Assembly: GCA_002269645.1 (NCBI GenBank)
Contig: NIVC01001831.1
Span: 1-64,000, forward strand
DNA: 64,000 nucleotides
Direction of reading: 5' to 3'
Origin: Macrostomum lignano
Lineage: Eukaryota
Shown here: piece after piece, positions 33,247-44,578 of the stretch
Position numbering within the stretch: position 1 is the stretch's first letter
Layout: each line of letters starts with the position of its first letter
Made by a program: the position numbers and the translations under genes
Notes under the pieces: model-generated
What the model was told of the DNA's origin: nothing
What the model saw: the letters and a program-made list of their open reading frames with translations, nothing else
The model's database searches: none

Positions 33247-33863
33247 CCAGCAATGCGGGGCGCCTTCGTGCTCTTTTAGTCGCTTCATTCGCCACGTGCC
33301 CAGGCCTGTCACCTCAGACAGCCAGCTTCGACTTTTATTTTGGATTTTGACTGTACACAACTCTACCTGCTGTATGATAGCAAATCTTTCTGCCCGTTTT
33401 ATTGTGTTAAGTACTAGTTTCTATTAATTAGCTCGTAATAATGAAATTCAGCCAACTACCACCTGGAGCATTCCACAGTCTGCCAAGCATAGAGTTTAAA
33501 CTGCTCACCCAGAGGGAAGTTCCAATGAACTCCTCACGCTACTTATGTAGGATCTCCCGTCCATTCTGGGACTGTGCGAAAGCTATCAACACATTTTGAC
33601 TACGAATATGATACCAATTTCTGCCTAAAGTTGGCTAATTGAAATTTTATGCATTATACTCGTATGAATATATGAGCCGTGATCTGTGAGCCGTTTTGCG
33701 TATATGTAATTGGGAGTAAAAAACGTTTTGCGCTTAAAGCTACTCGTTGGGTGAAGAATGGGAACAGTAGTACGAGCGTATGTGTAAATCTGGTGTAGTC
33801 TCGGTATTTTGAGACCATTAAGGAAGGCAATAAGAAATGTGCACGCCTCCTTAACTTCAGTTT

Positions 33864-35263
33864 ACTATAGCATTTTGCAAGCTAGTAGAGACTACGAGCA
33901 AGCAATTTAATCCAAGATAGCAAAAACACATGCATTTTGAGCCTTACTGCTATTTATCTATGATAAAAAGTGTGTCAAACCGGCAGGCAATTTAATCCTT
34001 GGAGCACTCATTTAAGCACTGAAATCCATAAACAGCGCTGTCCATGCCGTTCCACTCTCAGTTCTTTCAACATGTCAGACAAAAGTGACCAAGCCAGCAC
34101 CATTTTTGAAGACATCGACAGAATCGCTGCCGAAGATGCCGGAGCGCCACCTGTGCAGTATGCTAAGATTAGCGACGAAAAGCATAGATAGATAATCGGC
34201 GCTATCGACAGAGGCGATAACAACAGAAGCATTGCCAACTTAGCACGCAGGCAAGAATTCGCACAGGCCGCATCGCTGGGGAGGTGATTATGCTTGCCAG
34301 TTTGACACACTTTTTATCATAGGCAAATAGCAGTGAGGCTCAAAATGCATGTGTTTTTGCTATCTTGGATTAAATTGCTTGCCGGTTTGACACACTTTTT
34401 ATCATAGACAGATAGCAGTGAGGCTCAAAATGCATGTGTTTTTGCTATCTTGGATTAAATTGCTTGCCAGTTTGACACACTTTTTATCATAGACAGATAG
34501 CAGTGAGGCTCAAAATGCATGTGTTTTTGCTATCTTGGATTAAATTGCTGCCGGTTTGACACACTTTTTATCATAGGCAAATAGCAGTGAGGCTCAAAAT
34601 GCATGTGTTTTTGCTATCTTGGATTAAATTGCTTGCCGGTTTGACACACTTTTTATCATAGGCAAATAGCAGTGAGGCTCAAAATGCATGTGTTTTTGCT
34701 ATCTTGGATTAAATTGCTTGCCGGTTTGACACACTTTTTATCATAGGCAAATAGCAGTGAGGCTCAAAATGCATGTGTTTTTGCTATCTTGGATTAAATT
34801 GCTTGCCGGTTTGACACACTTTTTATCATAGGCAAATAGCAGTGAGGCTCAAAATGCATGTGTTTTTGCTATCTTGGATTAAATTGCTTGCCGGTTTGAC
34901 ACACTTTTTATCATAGGCAAATAGCAGTGAGGCTCAAAATGCATGTGTTTTTGCTATCTTGGATTAAATTGCTTGCCGGTTTGACACACTTTTTATCATA
35001 GGCAAATAGCAGTGAGGCTCAAAATGCATGTGTTTTTGCTATCTTGGATTAAATTGCTGCCGGTTTGACACACTTTTTATCATAGGCAAATAGCAGTGAG
35101 GCTCAAAATGCATGTGTTTTTGCTATCTTGGATTAAACTGCTGCCGGTTTGACACACTTTTTATCATAGGCAAATAGCAGTGAGGCTCAAAATGCATGTG
35201 TTTTTGCTATCTTGGATTAAATTGCTTGCTCGTAGTCTCCACTAGCTTGCAAAATGCTATAGT
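33864..35263. mobile_element. Non-autonomous TIR element whose right arm carries ~11 tandem 85-bp units
   Basis: Ends ACTATAGCATTTTGCAAGCTAGT... and ...ACTAGCTTGCAAAATGCTATAGT. GTTT direct repeat on both flanks (33860-33863, 35264-35267). The 85-bp unit occurs ~1.2 times on the left and ~11 times inverted on the right (34293-35228). Confidence 0.85.
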
Positions 35264-35327
35264 GTTTCGGTACATGTTTATTGAAAACAATAGGGTTTAC
35301 ATGTAGCTACATGTACATGTATAATAA

Positions 35328-35530
35328 GCGTTGGACTCACGACTGAGGTCGGGGTTTCGATTCCTGATCCCACTGGAACAAATTTTGTCCTTGAGCAAGG
35401 CACTTAACTCTGCATTGCTTCAGTTCACCCAGCTGTAAAATGGGTGCCAGCATTAGCTGGGGTAACTGAGGGTGTGGTGACCCCCCAGTCCTTGGACTGA
35501 ACAGCCGTAATGCAGCCTTCGGCCCTTCGC
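35328..35530 (+). mobile_element. CORE-type tRNA-derived SINE (5' A-box degraded)
   Basis: B-box-like GGTTTCGATTCC followed by GTCCTTGAGCAAGGCACTTAACTC..TCAGTTCACCCAGCTGTAAAATGGG, similar to the MIR/CORE domain. Confidence 0.7.
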
Positions 35531-36489
35531 AGATGCGCCGCGAAAAAGCTGCGGTTTTGAGCTGTTGGTTGCACATCTGCATATTAGGGCAGGTGTAGTC
35601 ACTTATAATTATTAGTTGAAAGGAAAGCTGAAACTCTGCAAGCCCAGCTGCATACCCAACCCAATCGCGACGTCGACCACATCATCATGAGCGGCATCTG
35701 GGACATTCTTCTCGATACATTTTACGTTAAAGTTTAATGTTGAAATCATGTTGAAAACGTTGACAACGAGCATTCAGGATGGATATTGAACCTTCAGAGA
35801 CAATGAAAATTCGTTATTACATACTGTATGACACTACACTACAATATACTACTGTATACAATACATATGCTGCTTTGTTGCTGTATACTAATATATCTAC
35901 TACATATTTTACGATATACACTATCATTTTTCAAAGTTGACAACACCTTTGAGCCTTTTATAAGTGCGCATTTCTATTGCACAAAAAATTACTCAATAAA
36001 CCTTGATCTGAAAAAATTGGCAGATATTTCTACTAATTTTATCCACCGGAAGAGTAGTCTACTAAGCATTTTTGAATGTCATTTGAGTATCTGTGAATTT
36101 TCCTTGGTTTTGTATGCATTTTACCAAATTGAGACTCATTTCTTTCCAAAAAGCTATCGGCCGCGAGCGCAGGTGTTCACTGCACTTTGGACTGCCCGGG
36201 CTGCCTGCCTGCCTGCCCTGCCGGGGTCTGGGCCTCGGCTCAGCCTGGTGGGCGTGGCGAAACATCTGCTTTATTGCTTTCATCGATTTCTGTTAGGTTG
36301 TCCTGGTGAGAGTAAAAATTCAGTACATCACGCATGTAAATGTGAGCTAATCACTTCACCGAGGTATAATATACCGACACAGTGATTGTTCGGTTCCTCA
36401 TTTCCCCGTGGTCTCCATTTAATAAACTAGAGATACATGGGGAACTCAAAGTTATGCCCCGCAGGGGCGTAGCCAAGAGGGCATCATCA

Positions 36490-36985
36490 GGGCAGCAAGA
36501 GGGCAGGCAACAAGAGGGCAGCAAGAGGGCAGCAAGAGGGCAGGCAACAAGAGGGCAGCAAGAAGGCAGGCAACAAGAGGACAGCAAGAGGGCAGCAAGA
36601 GGGCAACAAGAGGGCAGCAAGAGGGCAGGCAACAAGAGGACAGCAAGAGGGCAGCAAGAGAGCAACAAGAGGGCAGCAAGAGGGCAGCAAGAGGGCAGCA
36701 AGAGGGCAGCAAGAGGGCAGCAAGAGGGCAGCAAGAGGGCAGCAAGAGGGCAACAAGAGCAACAAGAGGGCAGCAAGAGGGCAGCAAGAGAGCAACAAGA
36801 GAGCAACAAGAGGGCAGCAAGAGGGCAGCCAGCAAGAGGGCAGCAAGAGGGCAGCAAGAGGGCAGACAGCAAGAGGGCAGCAAGAGGGCAGACAGCAAGA
36901 GGGCAGCAAGAGGGCAGCAAGAGGGCAGCAAGAGGGCAGACAGCAAGAGGGCAGCAAGAGGGCAGCAAGAGGGCAGCAAGAAGAC
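36490..36985. repeat. Purine-rich 11-bp-based low-complexity array
   Basis: Unit GGGCAGCAAGA with CAA/CAG variants. Confidence 0.92.
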
Positions 36986-37287
36986 ACAAGGGCCCCAATA
37001 GGCTAGCAAAAACTGCATGTTTGCTATTGAATGACAGCATTTGGCAGCTGATGAAGATAAACAATGATAAGATAACCAAAACAATTTTGGAGCAGATATT
37101 AGACATATTCAAGCGGGTTGCTACGATGCATTCTAACAACTACATGTGAACATAAGCTGTTACATACAACTCAGAGTACAAATTCCACATAACCCAGAAA
37201 CCTGGTTGAGGCACAAGTGAAACTGCTGAATAATTTTGAGCAGACTACATTTCATGTACTTAGGATACAAAAGGTCAGTGACTTTCA

Positions 37288-39358
37288 TCAGCTGGCACAA
37301 CGCTTCCGAGCACTCATTGAACTCTTGTGCTGACTGTAAAACTTCACATCCTTGGTCACCTCGGCGATGTCGAAGTAGTTCGGCCTCCGCTTGGACCACC
37401 TGTAGCCGAGGTGCAGAAAGAGGTGGCGGCCCACGGTTTCCGGGCCCGTCAGGTCGTGCTTCCAGTTGCGCTCCGCGTACCGCCTGCACAGCTGCAGCCG
37501 CCTGTCGTGCAGCCGCTTGGCGGCGGCGTCGGTCGACTTCGGACTGGCTGGAAAAACAAAGCGCAGATTGCAGTGAAACTCGAGCTGGCGGGGCATGCGA
37601 GCCGTGCTGTGCACCGCATCATCTTTTAGATATGCAACCCAGACCCCGAGGCTAGTGCGATTGGGCCTCATGAGTGACCGAGACACGGTTAGAGTGACAG
37701 AAATATGAGTTTAGAGTGACTGACATATGGGTTAGAGTGACAGACATATGGGTTTAGAGTGACTGACATATGAGTTGGAGTGACCGACACTGTGGATTAG
37801 AGTGACCGATACTGTGGATTAGAGTGACAGACACTGTGGATTAGAGTGACCGACACTGTCGATTAGAGTGACCGACGCTGTGGACTAGAGTGACAGACAT
37901 TGTGAATTAGAGTGACCTAGATGCTGTGGATTAGAGTGACTAAGACACTGTGGATTAGAGTGACAGACATTGTGGATTAGAGTGATCTTTGCTGTGGATT
38001 AGAATGTTTAATGAATTTTAGGCCAGCTAAGAAAATTCTAATCAAGTTCTAGAACTTAGTTTAGTTTAACTCTTTCAGTTGGCTCACACTAAAAGCTTAC
38101 TTTCTGTGAGTAAAACTGTTGTTATAATAGAACTGCCTGAATTTCCTAGAGTGACACTTTGCACTCAATAGTGATCGGTTAAAGAGTAAAGTTAAAATCG
38201 TACGGTTGCCTCGATAACTACGAGTGCAAATTTAATGGGAGCGACTCACAGCTCTCCAAAGTTCTGCACTTGCTCCTGAAGTGATGCAAACCGTCGTCAA
38301 TCAGCGGGCTGAACACGGGCGGGTCCAGTAGCGTCACCTCGTGCCTCCTGGTGGCGTTGTCTGTCCACCAGCTCTGCAGCTGGCTGGTGAGCAGGTCGGG
38401 ACCCGTGGTCGGGCCGGCGCCTCCAGTCTTGTCGTCCACTTCCATCATGGCGAACACGAGACGCAGGAAGAACGGATGTCCGGGCACGGATCCCATGGCG
38501 CTGTTCATGGCGCTGAAGTCCTTGCCGTAGAGAATCACAGCGTGCTCCTTGGCCTCCTGGTCCACGAAGGCCGTGAGGTTTTCGAGGCTCGGGAAGAACG
38601 GCTTCACGCACTCGACGTCCATGTCGATGTAGATGCCTGCGGGTCACGGATGTTGGAGGAGCACCGTCGACTTCCATTGGAATGGATTCTGGGTAGCTAC
38701 AAGCTAAGCAGGGAAATGATAATTCAGTCGGCAGTTACTCAGCTGAGGCGTGCGAGCGCTCACCTCCGTAATGATGCAGAACCATGTAGCGGATGCTGTC
38801 TCCTCGCTGCACGTGCATCTTGAAGATGAGGAACTTCCGCATGAAGAACGGGTAGTGGTCATTGATGAAGGCAACGATGTCCTTGTCGGTCCACAGGAAA
38901 TACTCCCAGTCGGGGTTCAGCTTGAGGCAGTGCTCAATGTGCTTCCGGTATTCAGTGAAGATTCGTCGAGTCGTAAAGGTCTGGTGAATGATCTTGGGAA
39001 TCGCTCCAGGTGTAACTGGGCGCGGTCCAGGCGGTATTGCAATGTTGCTAAAGTCCACTTTGGGATGCGATTCTTTACCCATGTAACTGTAGGCCAGGAT
39101 TGCAACGGCCTGAAACGGTTCGGCTGCACTGAAAGAGTGGCCTGCACAGTTTTGCTGGCAGTGTCCATTGAGCTTTGAGAAAAACGGCCACATCCGTGAA
39201 TAGCCAGCTGCCCTTATAATGTCTGAATGCATATATTGAGGCTGCATGCATTCAGTAATTAATTAGTAATAGAAAGTTCCTTTCGCACTCACCATCAGCG
39301 CCACGAATGCAGCGAGGAATTTGAAGCGACAGACCGACTGCAGAGAGCCGGGATTCAT
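37288..39358 (-). CDS. GT32 (OCH1/SUR1-like) type II glycosyltransferase, copy 1, 352 aa; exons 39358-39293, 39109-38764, 38636-38250, 37547-37288
   Basis: Signal anchor RFKFLAAFVALM|AVAILAY; IPKIIHQT, NPDWEYFLWTD, QRGDSIRYMVLHHYGG|IYIDMD (DxD), SAMGSVPGHPF, TTGP. Intron phases 0, 1, 1 are consistent; total 1059 nt. Confidence 0.9.
37690..38005. repeat. ~22-bp minisatellite in GT32 copy 1 intron 3 (shorter homolog at 44975-45080 in copy 2)
   Basis: Unit TTAGAGTGACCGACACTGTGGA. Confidence 0.9.
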
Positions 39359-40186
39359 GTTCCACTGAGCTTGAGCTGAGTACGGCTGAGTAGGGCTGAG
39401 AAATACTGAGTACGGCTGAGAATGGCTGAGTGCGGCTGAGCTGACCTCAACTGTGGGTTGGCAAATAAAAGATGTTGCAGTCCGCTATTCTCTCTGCCTA
39501 CAAGATCAGAGCAGTTTCTATTATTATCTGAGTCTTGTCCAATCCTGCCCCGTTTAGAAAATTTTTGCTCTCCTTTTGCCGCGAGGGCGTACACAGGGCA
39601 GACATGTAGTGACAGAGCATGGTTTTGTTCAGGTACTTTCCAAATTTTTAAGGAGTGCAATGTACGCTGTTGCATTGTTCCTTCTTTATGCGACTTGATA
39701 CTCGGGTCGATTCTGCTAACGCACTGGAATCATAGACATACGGGAACTGCTTTGCCTAGGGTTCCTAGACGACCGTCAGCTCATTTCAACAAATAGTATT
39801 GAATATTTTAGCTGAGCTGAGCACCTTGAGTTTTTACCTCCATGGTATTTCATTTCTCAATTTTAATCCGATTCAAATGTGTAAAAGCGTAGGCATTACG
39901 CTCGTAAACGCCAAAAGCATGCTTAAACCGATCCTCATCGCGTATTGGCTAAAGTCATTTGATGCTCGAGAAATACATATCGTGCTGCTCAATAGTCAGT
40001 TTTGAGTGCTTAAATGTCTAGGTCACGAGTGCGCAGGTGCACAGGTAAAAAAGAAGTGATCCACCTACCGAGTTTGCTCAGCTGCCGCCATCAATGCTTC
40101 GTCAGGTACGAAGCTATTGGAGACTGTGAGTTTGACCGCGTACATTTTGGCCGCTGCAACATCCCCGGTTCAACAAGTGGAGCTTT

Positions 40187-40350
40187 TGACGCGTACTATT
40201 AGCGCACTTGACGCGTACTATTAGCGCACTTGACGCGTACTATTAGCGCACTTGACGCGTACTATTAGCGCACTTGACGCGTACTATTAGCGCACTTGAC
40301 GCGTACTATTAGCGCACTTGACGCGTACTATTAACTATTAGCGCACTGAA
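40187..40350. repeat. ~7 x 22-bp tandem repeat
   Basis: Unit TTGACGCGTACTATTAGCGCAC. Confidence 0.95.
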
Positions 40351-40479
40351 CGATGAGGGCGTCGTTGTACGCGCGCTCGTGTCGGACGGTTGCTCTGCGA
40401 ACCTTGCGACGTACAGGAAACTTGGGGCTGAGCTGCCCTCTAGTCCTTATTTCCAAATCAGTTCGCAACCAGATCGCAT

Positions 40480-40796
40480 ATTCGCATTCATTCAGTCATT
40501 TGATAAAGTTGGTGCGCCATTTGCTGCCTGATTTGGGAGTATCCGTTGTTCACGATCGCATCATCTCCTGGCACTATCTGGAACTATTGCACAATCTGCA
40601 AGAAGCTCACGTTTGCAGCAATGGAGCACCCGAAGAAAACTATCAATACTTTCTAGTGCAGGCGATTTATAAGAAATATCTTTGCATTCGTTTGCGGCAT
40701 GTACTTCGGAGACTTAACGCTGTGAACACAACAACTGTGCGTCAGATGCTAACAATTTCATGGGCCAGTGACTTCAAAATAGCATTGTGCGGTTGA
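40480..40796 (+). pseudogene. Possible P-element/THAP9-type transposase C-terminal remnant
   Basis: NYQYFLVQAIYKKYLCIRLRHVLRRLN resembles the H..LI..I..KYL.IRL.H..K..N tail of P-element-like transposases; no catalytic core is seen. Confidence 0.4.
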
Positions 40797-42013
40797 CGCC
40801 ATGAATTTATTGTCTCTACTTGACTCTCATTTGTCTTGCGCGGTTTGCTTGTAACTCTGGCTGTTTGTTTTCGCCTTTTATTGTTTGTTTGTTTGCTGTC
40901 TGTCTACGTGCTTGTTTGCTTAGTTGCCTGCTTTCGTGTCTGCTTTGTATTAATTCCTTCTACATATTCGCTTTCTTACTGGCTTGCCTTCCCATTTGCA
41001 AAATTTTCATTTATCCTGCTATGTATAGTTATGCTTGTAAATAAAGGTTTGCAGCTTCTGCAACTGCTATTTGCAGAAGCTTCTGTGTGATTATTCTGTG
41101 TGAAAGTACGGCATTCTGAGCTTCTTGTGATGCTGGTGCCTGTCTGTGACTAGGACCAAAAAATCGAGCTTTTGACGATCCAGTATTCATCCATGGCCGG
41201 CCGCCACATTTCTTTTACTCACTAAAGCCGAGTTTCCAGTCCCTTCTTTCTATGGTAAATTTATACAGAAGTCCCTGGCAACACGGCTTCAACGAGTAGA
41301 TAAATCTAAAACCGTATAGTTTATGGTTTGAACCGGGCGAAATGAAATGCGCGTATCGTCTTGTCGCAAGTAACAGGGTGGTGACTATGGAGTGTCTAGG
41401 CCAATCCATCCATCATGGAATGAATTAGATTTAGATTTAGATTTAGATTTAGATTTAGCTTTTGTTCTTCTGCTGTTCTGCCGAGTGTAATAAATTCAGG
41501 AATCGCAAAACATATATATTCAAACCGCTCAAATCAAAGTCCAGGCCAATCCATCACTCAGTCTCTTAGATGGTTGATGCAGTGAGTCACTACATTTCAC
41601 GTCTACTCAAAAACAATGTTTAAGTGTACAATACAGAGCTACTACATGCTTTCGTGGTCTGAAGTGACTCACCTTCAGGAGCCCCGGAACTGGGGGTCAG
41701 AGGGGGCAGCTGCCCTGTCTCAGCTAGGGAGGTCAAGGTGTTCAAAGACCTCAGCAAAAAAAAAGTTTCTCTTGAGGTTCCGAAATAGTAAAAAATCTTG
41801 CTTATCATGCTAGTGTGGCTCCAAAATATTTGATCAGTGACCCGGTAAGTTCCTCCCCCACCCATCCCCAGGCAGAAAATAGCTCCAGGCCGACTGCTCA
41901 CCTTGGTCATCAGAAGAGCGGGTCCCTCTCATGGCGTTGCTTGGTGGAGGCAGCTGCACTGAGTTTTCTGTATTGCCGAATGCTGGGAAATTTTCTATGC
42001 TGTGGGTTCCCCC

Positions 42014-42241
42014 GCTAAAGTCTTCCAGCTCCAAGCTGTCTGCAGCCATACCGCAGGTATCTCATCTCACGCTAAAGTCTTCCAGCTCCAAGCTGTCTGC
42101 AGCCATACCGCAGGTATCTCATCTCACGCTAAAGTCTTCCAGCTCCGAGCTGTCTGCAGCCATACCGCAGGTATCTCATCTCACGCTAAAGTCTTCCAGC
42201 TCCGAGCTGTCTGCAGCCATACCGCAGGTATCTCATCTCAT
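42014..42241. repeat. 4 x 57-bp tandem repeat followed by (CT)n
   Basis: GCTAAAGTCTTCC at 42014, 42071 and onward at period 57. Confidence 0.95.
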
Positions 42242-43881
42242 GCTCTCTCTCTCTCTCTCTCTCCATTTGAGTCGGGGATACCATGCAAATTTGGCTGAGA
42301 TGTGACAGCCAGCCTCTCCCAGCATTCCAGGCAGCTTTGTCCCCCATCCTCATTTTCCTTACAGCGCAACTGAGTGAACGGCTGACCTGTGCCCCTCTCC
42401 GCTGCATCTCCCACCCGAGGGTCCCTGGTAGGAGGATATAACAAAATAATGAAAACTGTACTGAAGTCTATTTTTTATTTAAAAAGTGGACTAGCGTGAT
42501 AAAAATAATAGAAGCAATATATCGACATTGACAGCTATCGAATTTCTGTAATAATAAGACTATCATTAACTTATGCAAAGCAGGAATTTTAGATTGCAGG
42601 TACATAATCAAGGTAGCAGACAGACATGTCAGGATGAGAAGTGTGCCTCATGCTGCAGAATTGAGCCAAGGAATTCTCTAGACCTGAAAGTGGCTCTAGC
42701 CAAGGACTAGAGAATTACTTGGTTGAGCACACTGAGCACTGCAGCCTCTCTCTCTCTCCCTGTTTGCACGGGGGCAACATGAAATATCGGCTGGGGTGAG
42801 AAAAGTAAATTACTTGGACCATGAGCACAGCTGACTTTCTTAGCGCTATATGGAAGACGCTACGAGCGTATAAGCGAAAACTGTTTGTCCGAATAGGCCA
42901 TCAGGCCAGAGAATGTCCATCGCCAAGGCTTAGCGCGTTCTCAGGAATGCACCCTGACCCTGAGCTTGGGTGATTTTGCCTAAATTTGTAGGCTGTGCCC
43001 ACGTACTCCAACCCGTGGCTCATGCGCAGAGTCTGCGTAATATTTGTACTAATTCAACTCAAAGTTTTTGCCTCTGTTGAAGCACAAATTATATAAAAGC
43101 AACACCTACAGGTGCACATGCGAAATTTGATCTCCTGTAAACATCCGGACAAAACCCGCTTGGAAGTCTAAAAGGTCGGCCAAAAACTGCAGCCTACCTG
43201 TCTCGATGATGTCTCGATGATGAAGTTTACAGCGAAAATTCGCCTCCAGTTGAGTTCTCAAGATTTTTTAGACCTGCGTCTTTCTACTTCAGCTGTCCGT
43301 GAATTCAGTCGCTATTCACTTGCACAATAGTTAACTGTTAATTTCAGCCCAACCTCCAGCACTCCCACATCTCAGCCACCCTCCTCAAGTCTATCCATCC
43401 AGCAAAAGTGGATGCCTAAGCCGGACTTTGGTCTGTCTTGAGCGCCGCGTTCAGTTGACTCGTTCAGCCAGGCCCCTGAAACAGATTCAGTGTACGAGCG
43501 AACACTGCACTCTCGGCCCCACATTATTCATGACTCACTCTCTTGCTTAAACTTGTTCACCAGTTCTAGACAAGTCACGCATTGCTTCACCCCAACCCCA
43601 ATATAGACAAATAAATAACCTCAGCAACAGTGAAACCGACACCCCAGACCCAGTTGCGCCTGAGCGAGAGTTGAAAAACCTGGCGTCATTTGCAGTGCAG
43701 TGAGCTGAAGTCTATATCGCTCTGCCAATGCTCTGGGTGGCAGTTTTGACTGTTGGTGAGTGCACATTGAGCAAACGAGCTATACAGGGGTCACTTTTTT
43801 GCAACACGCAACCAGAGATTTCCCATATCCTTACGAGTAAATCCGAATCCGACCCCACATTGCAAGCCGATGATCATAGCG

Positions 43882-44200
43882 GTTAGCCACTGAGTGGATG
43901 TCTGTTAGCCACAGAGTGGATGTCTGTTAGTCACAGAGTGGATGTCTGTTAGCCACAGAGTGGATGTCTGTTAGCCACAGAGTGGATGTCTGTTAGCCAC
44001 AGAGTGGATGTCTGTTAGCCACTGAGTGGATGTCTGTTAGCCACAGAGTGGATGTCTGTTAGCCATAGAGTGGATGTCTGTTAGCCACAGAGTGGATGTC
44101 TGTTAGCCACTGAGTGGATGTCTGTTAGCCATAGAGTGGATGTCTGTTAGCCATAGAGTGGATGTCTGTTAACCACGGAGTGGATATCTGTTAACTGCGG
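43882..44200. repeat. ~14 x 22-bp tandem repeat
   Basis: Unit TTAGCCACAGAGTGGATGTCTG. Confidence 0.95.
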
Positions 44201-44578
44201 AGTGGACATTGTAGCTGTTTACTGGTGTGCGGATATCCGAAGTAATGATTCTATAAAATCAAAATCAGCTGATATTCTAGTTGAAGACAAATTTAGAAAC
44301 AGACTAGCACCGAATTACAAAATCGAACGCAATACTCCCAGAGAACACTCGCTCTGTGGTTTGGCTCAAACTTTATCTAACTTGCAAAAATCGAACAGCC
44401 TACTCGTAGTCAGAGATTTGTACCGCCTGTGCACTCAAAACACCGATATATAAAGCGGAATTCAGAGCACGAATTCCGCATAACCCAGAAACCTGGTTGA
44501 GGCACAAGTGAAACTGTTGAATAATTTTGAGCAGACTACATTTCATGTACTTAGTATACAAAAGGTCAGTGACTTTCA

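Noticed and set aside
36351-37149. 255-262-aa ORFs (QQEGSKRAARG / PSCCPLAALLL) on both strands
   Set aside because: Products of an 11-bp low-complexity repeat.
41890-42049. Exon-like segment ending CAAG|GTGAGC upstream of GT32 copy 1
   Set aside because: No supported acceptor or frame link, and its ORF derives partly from the 57-bp array.
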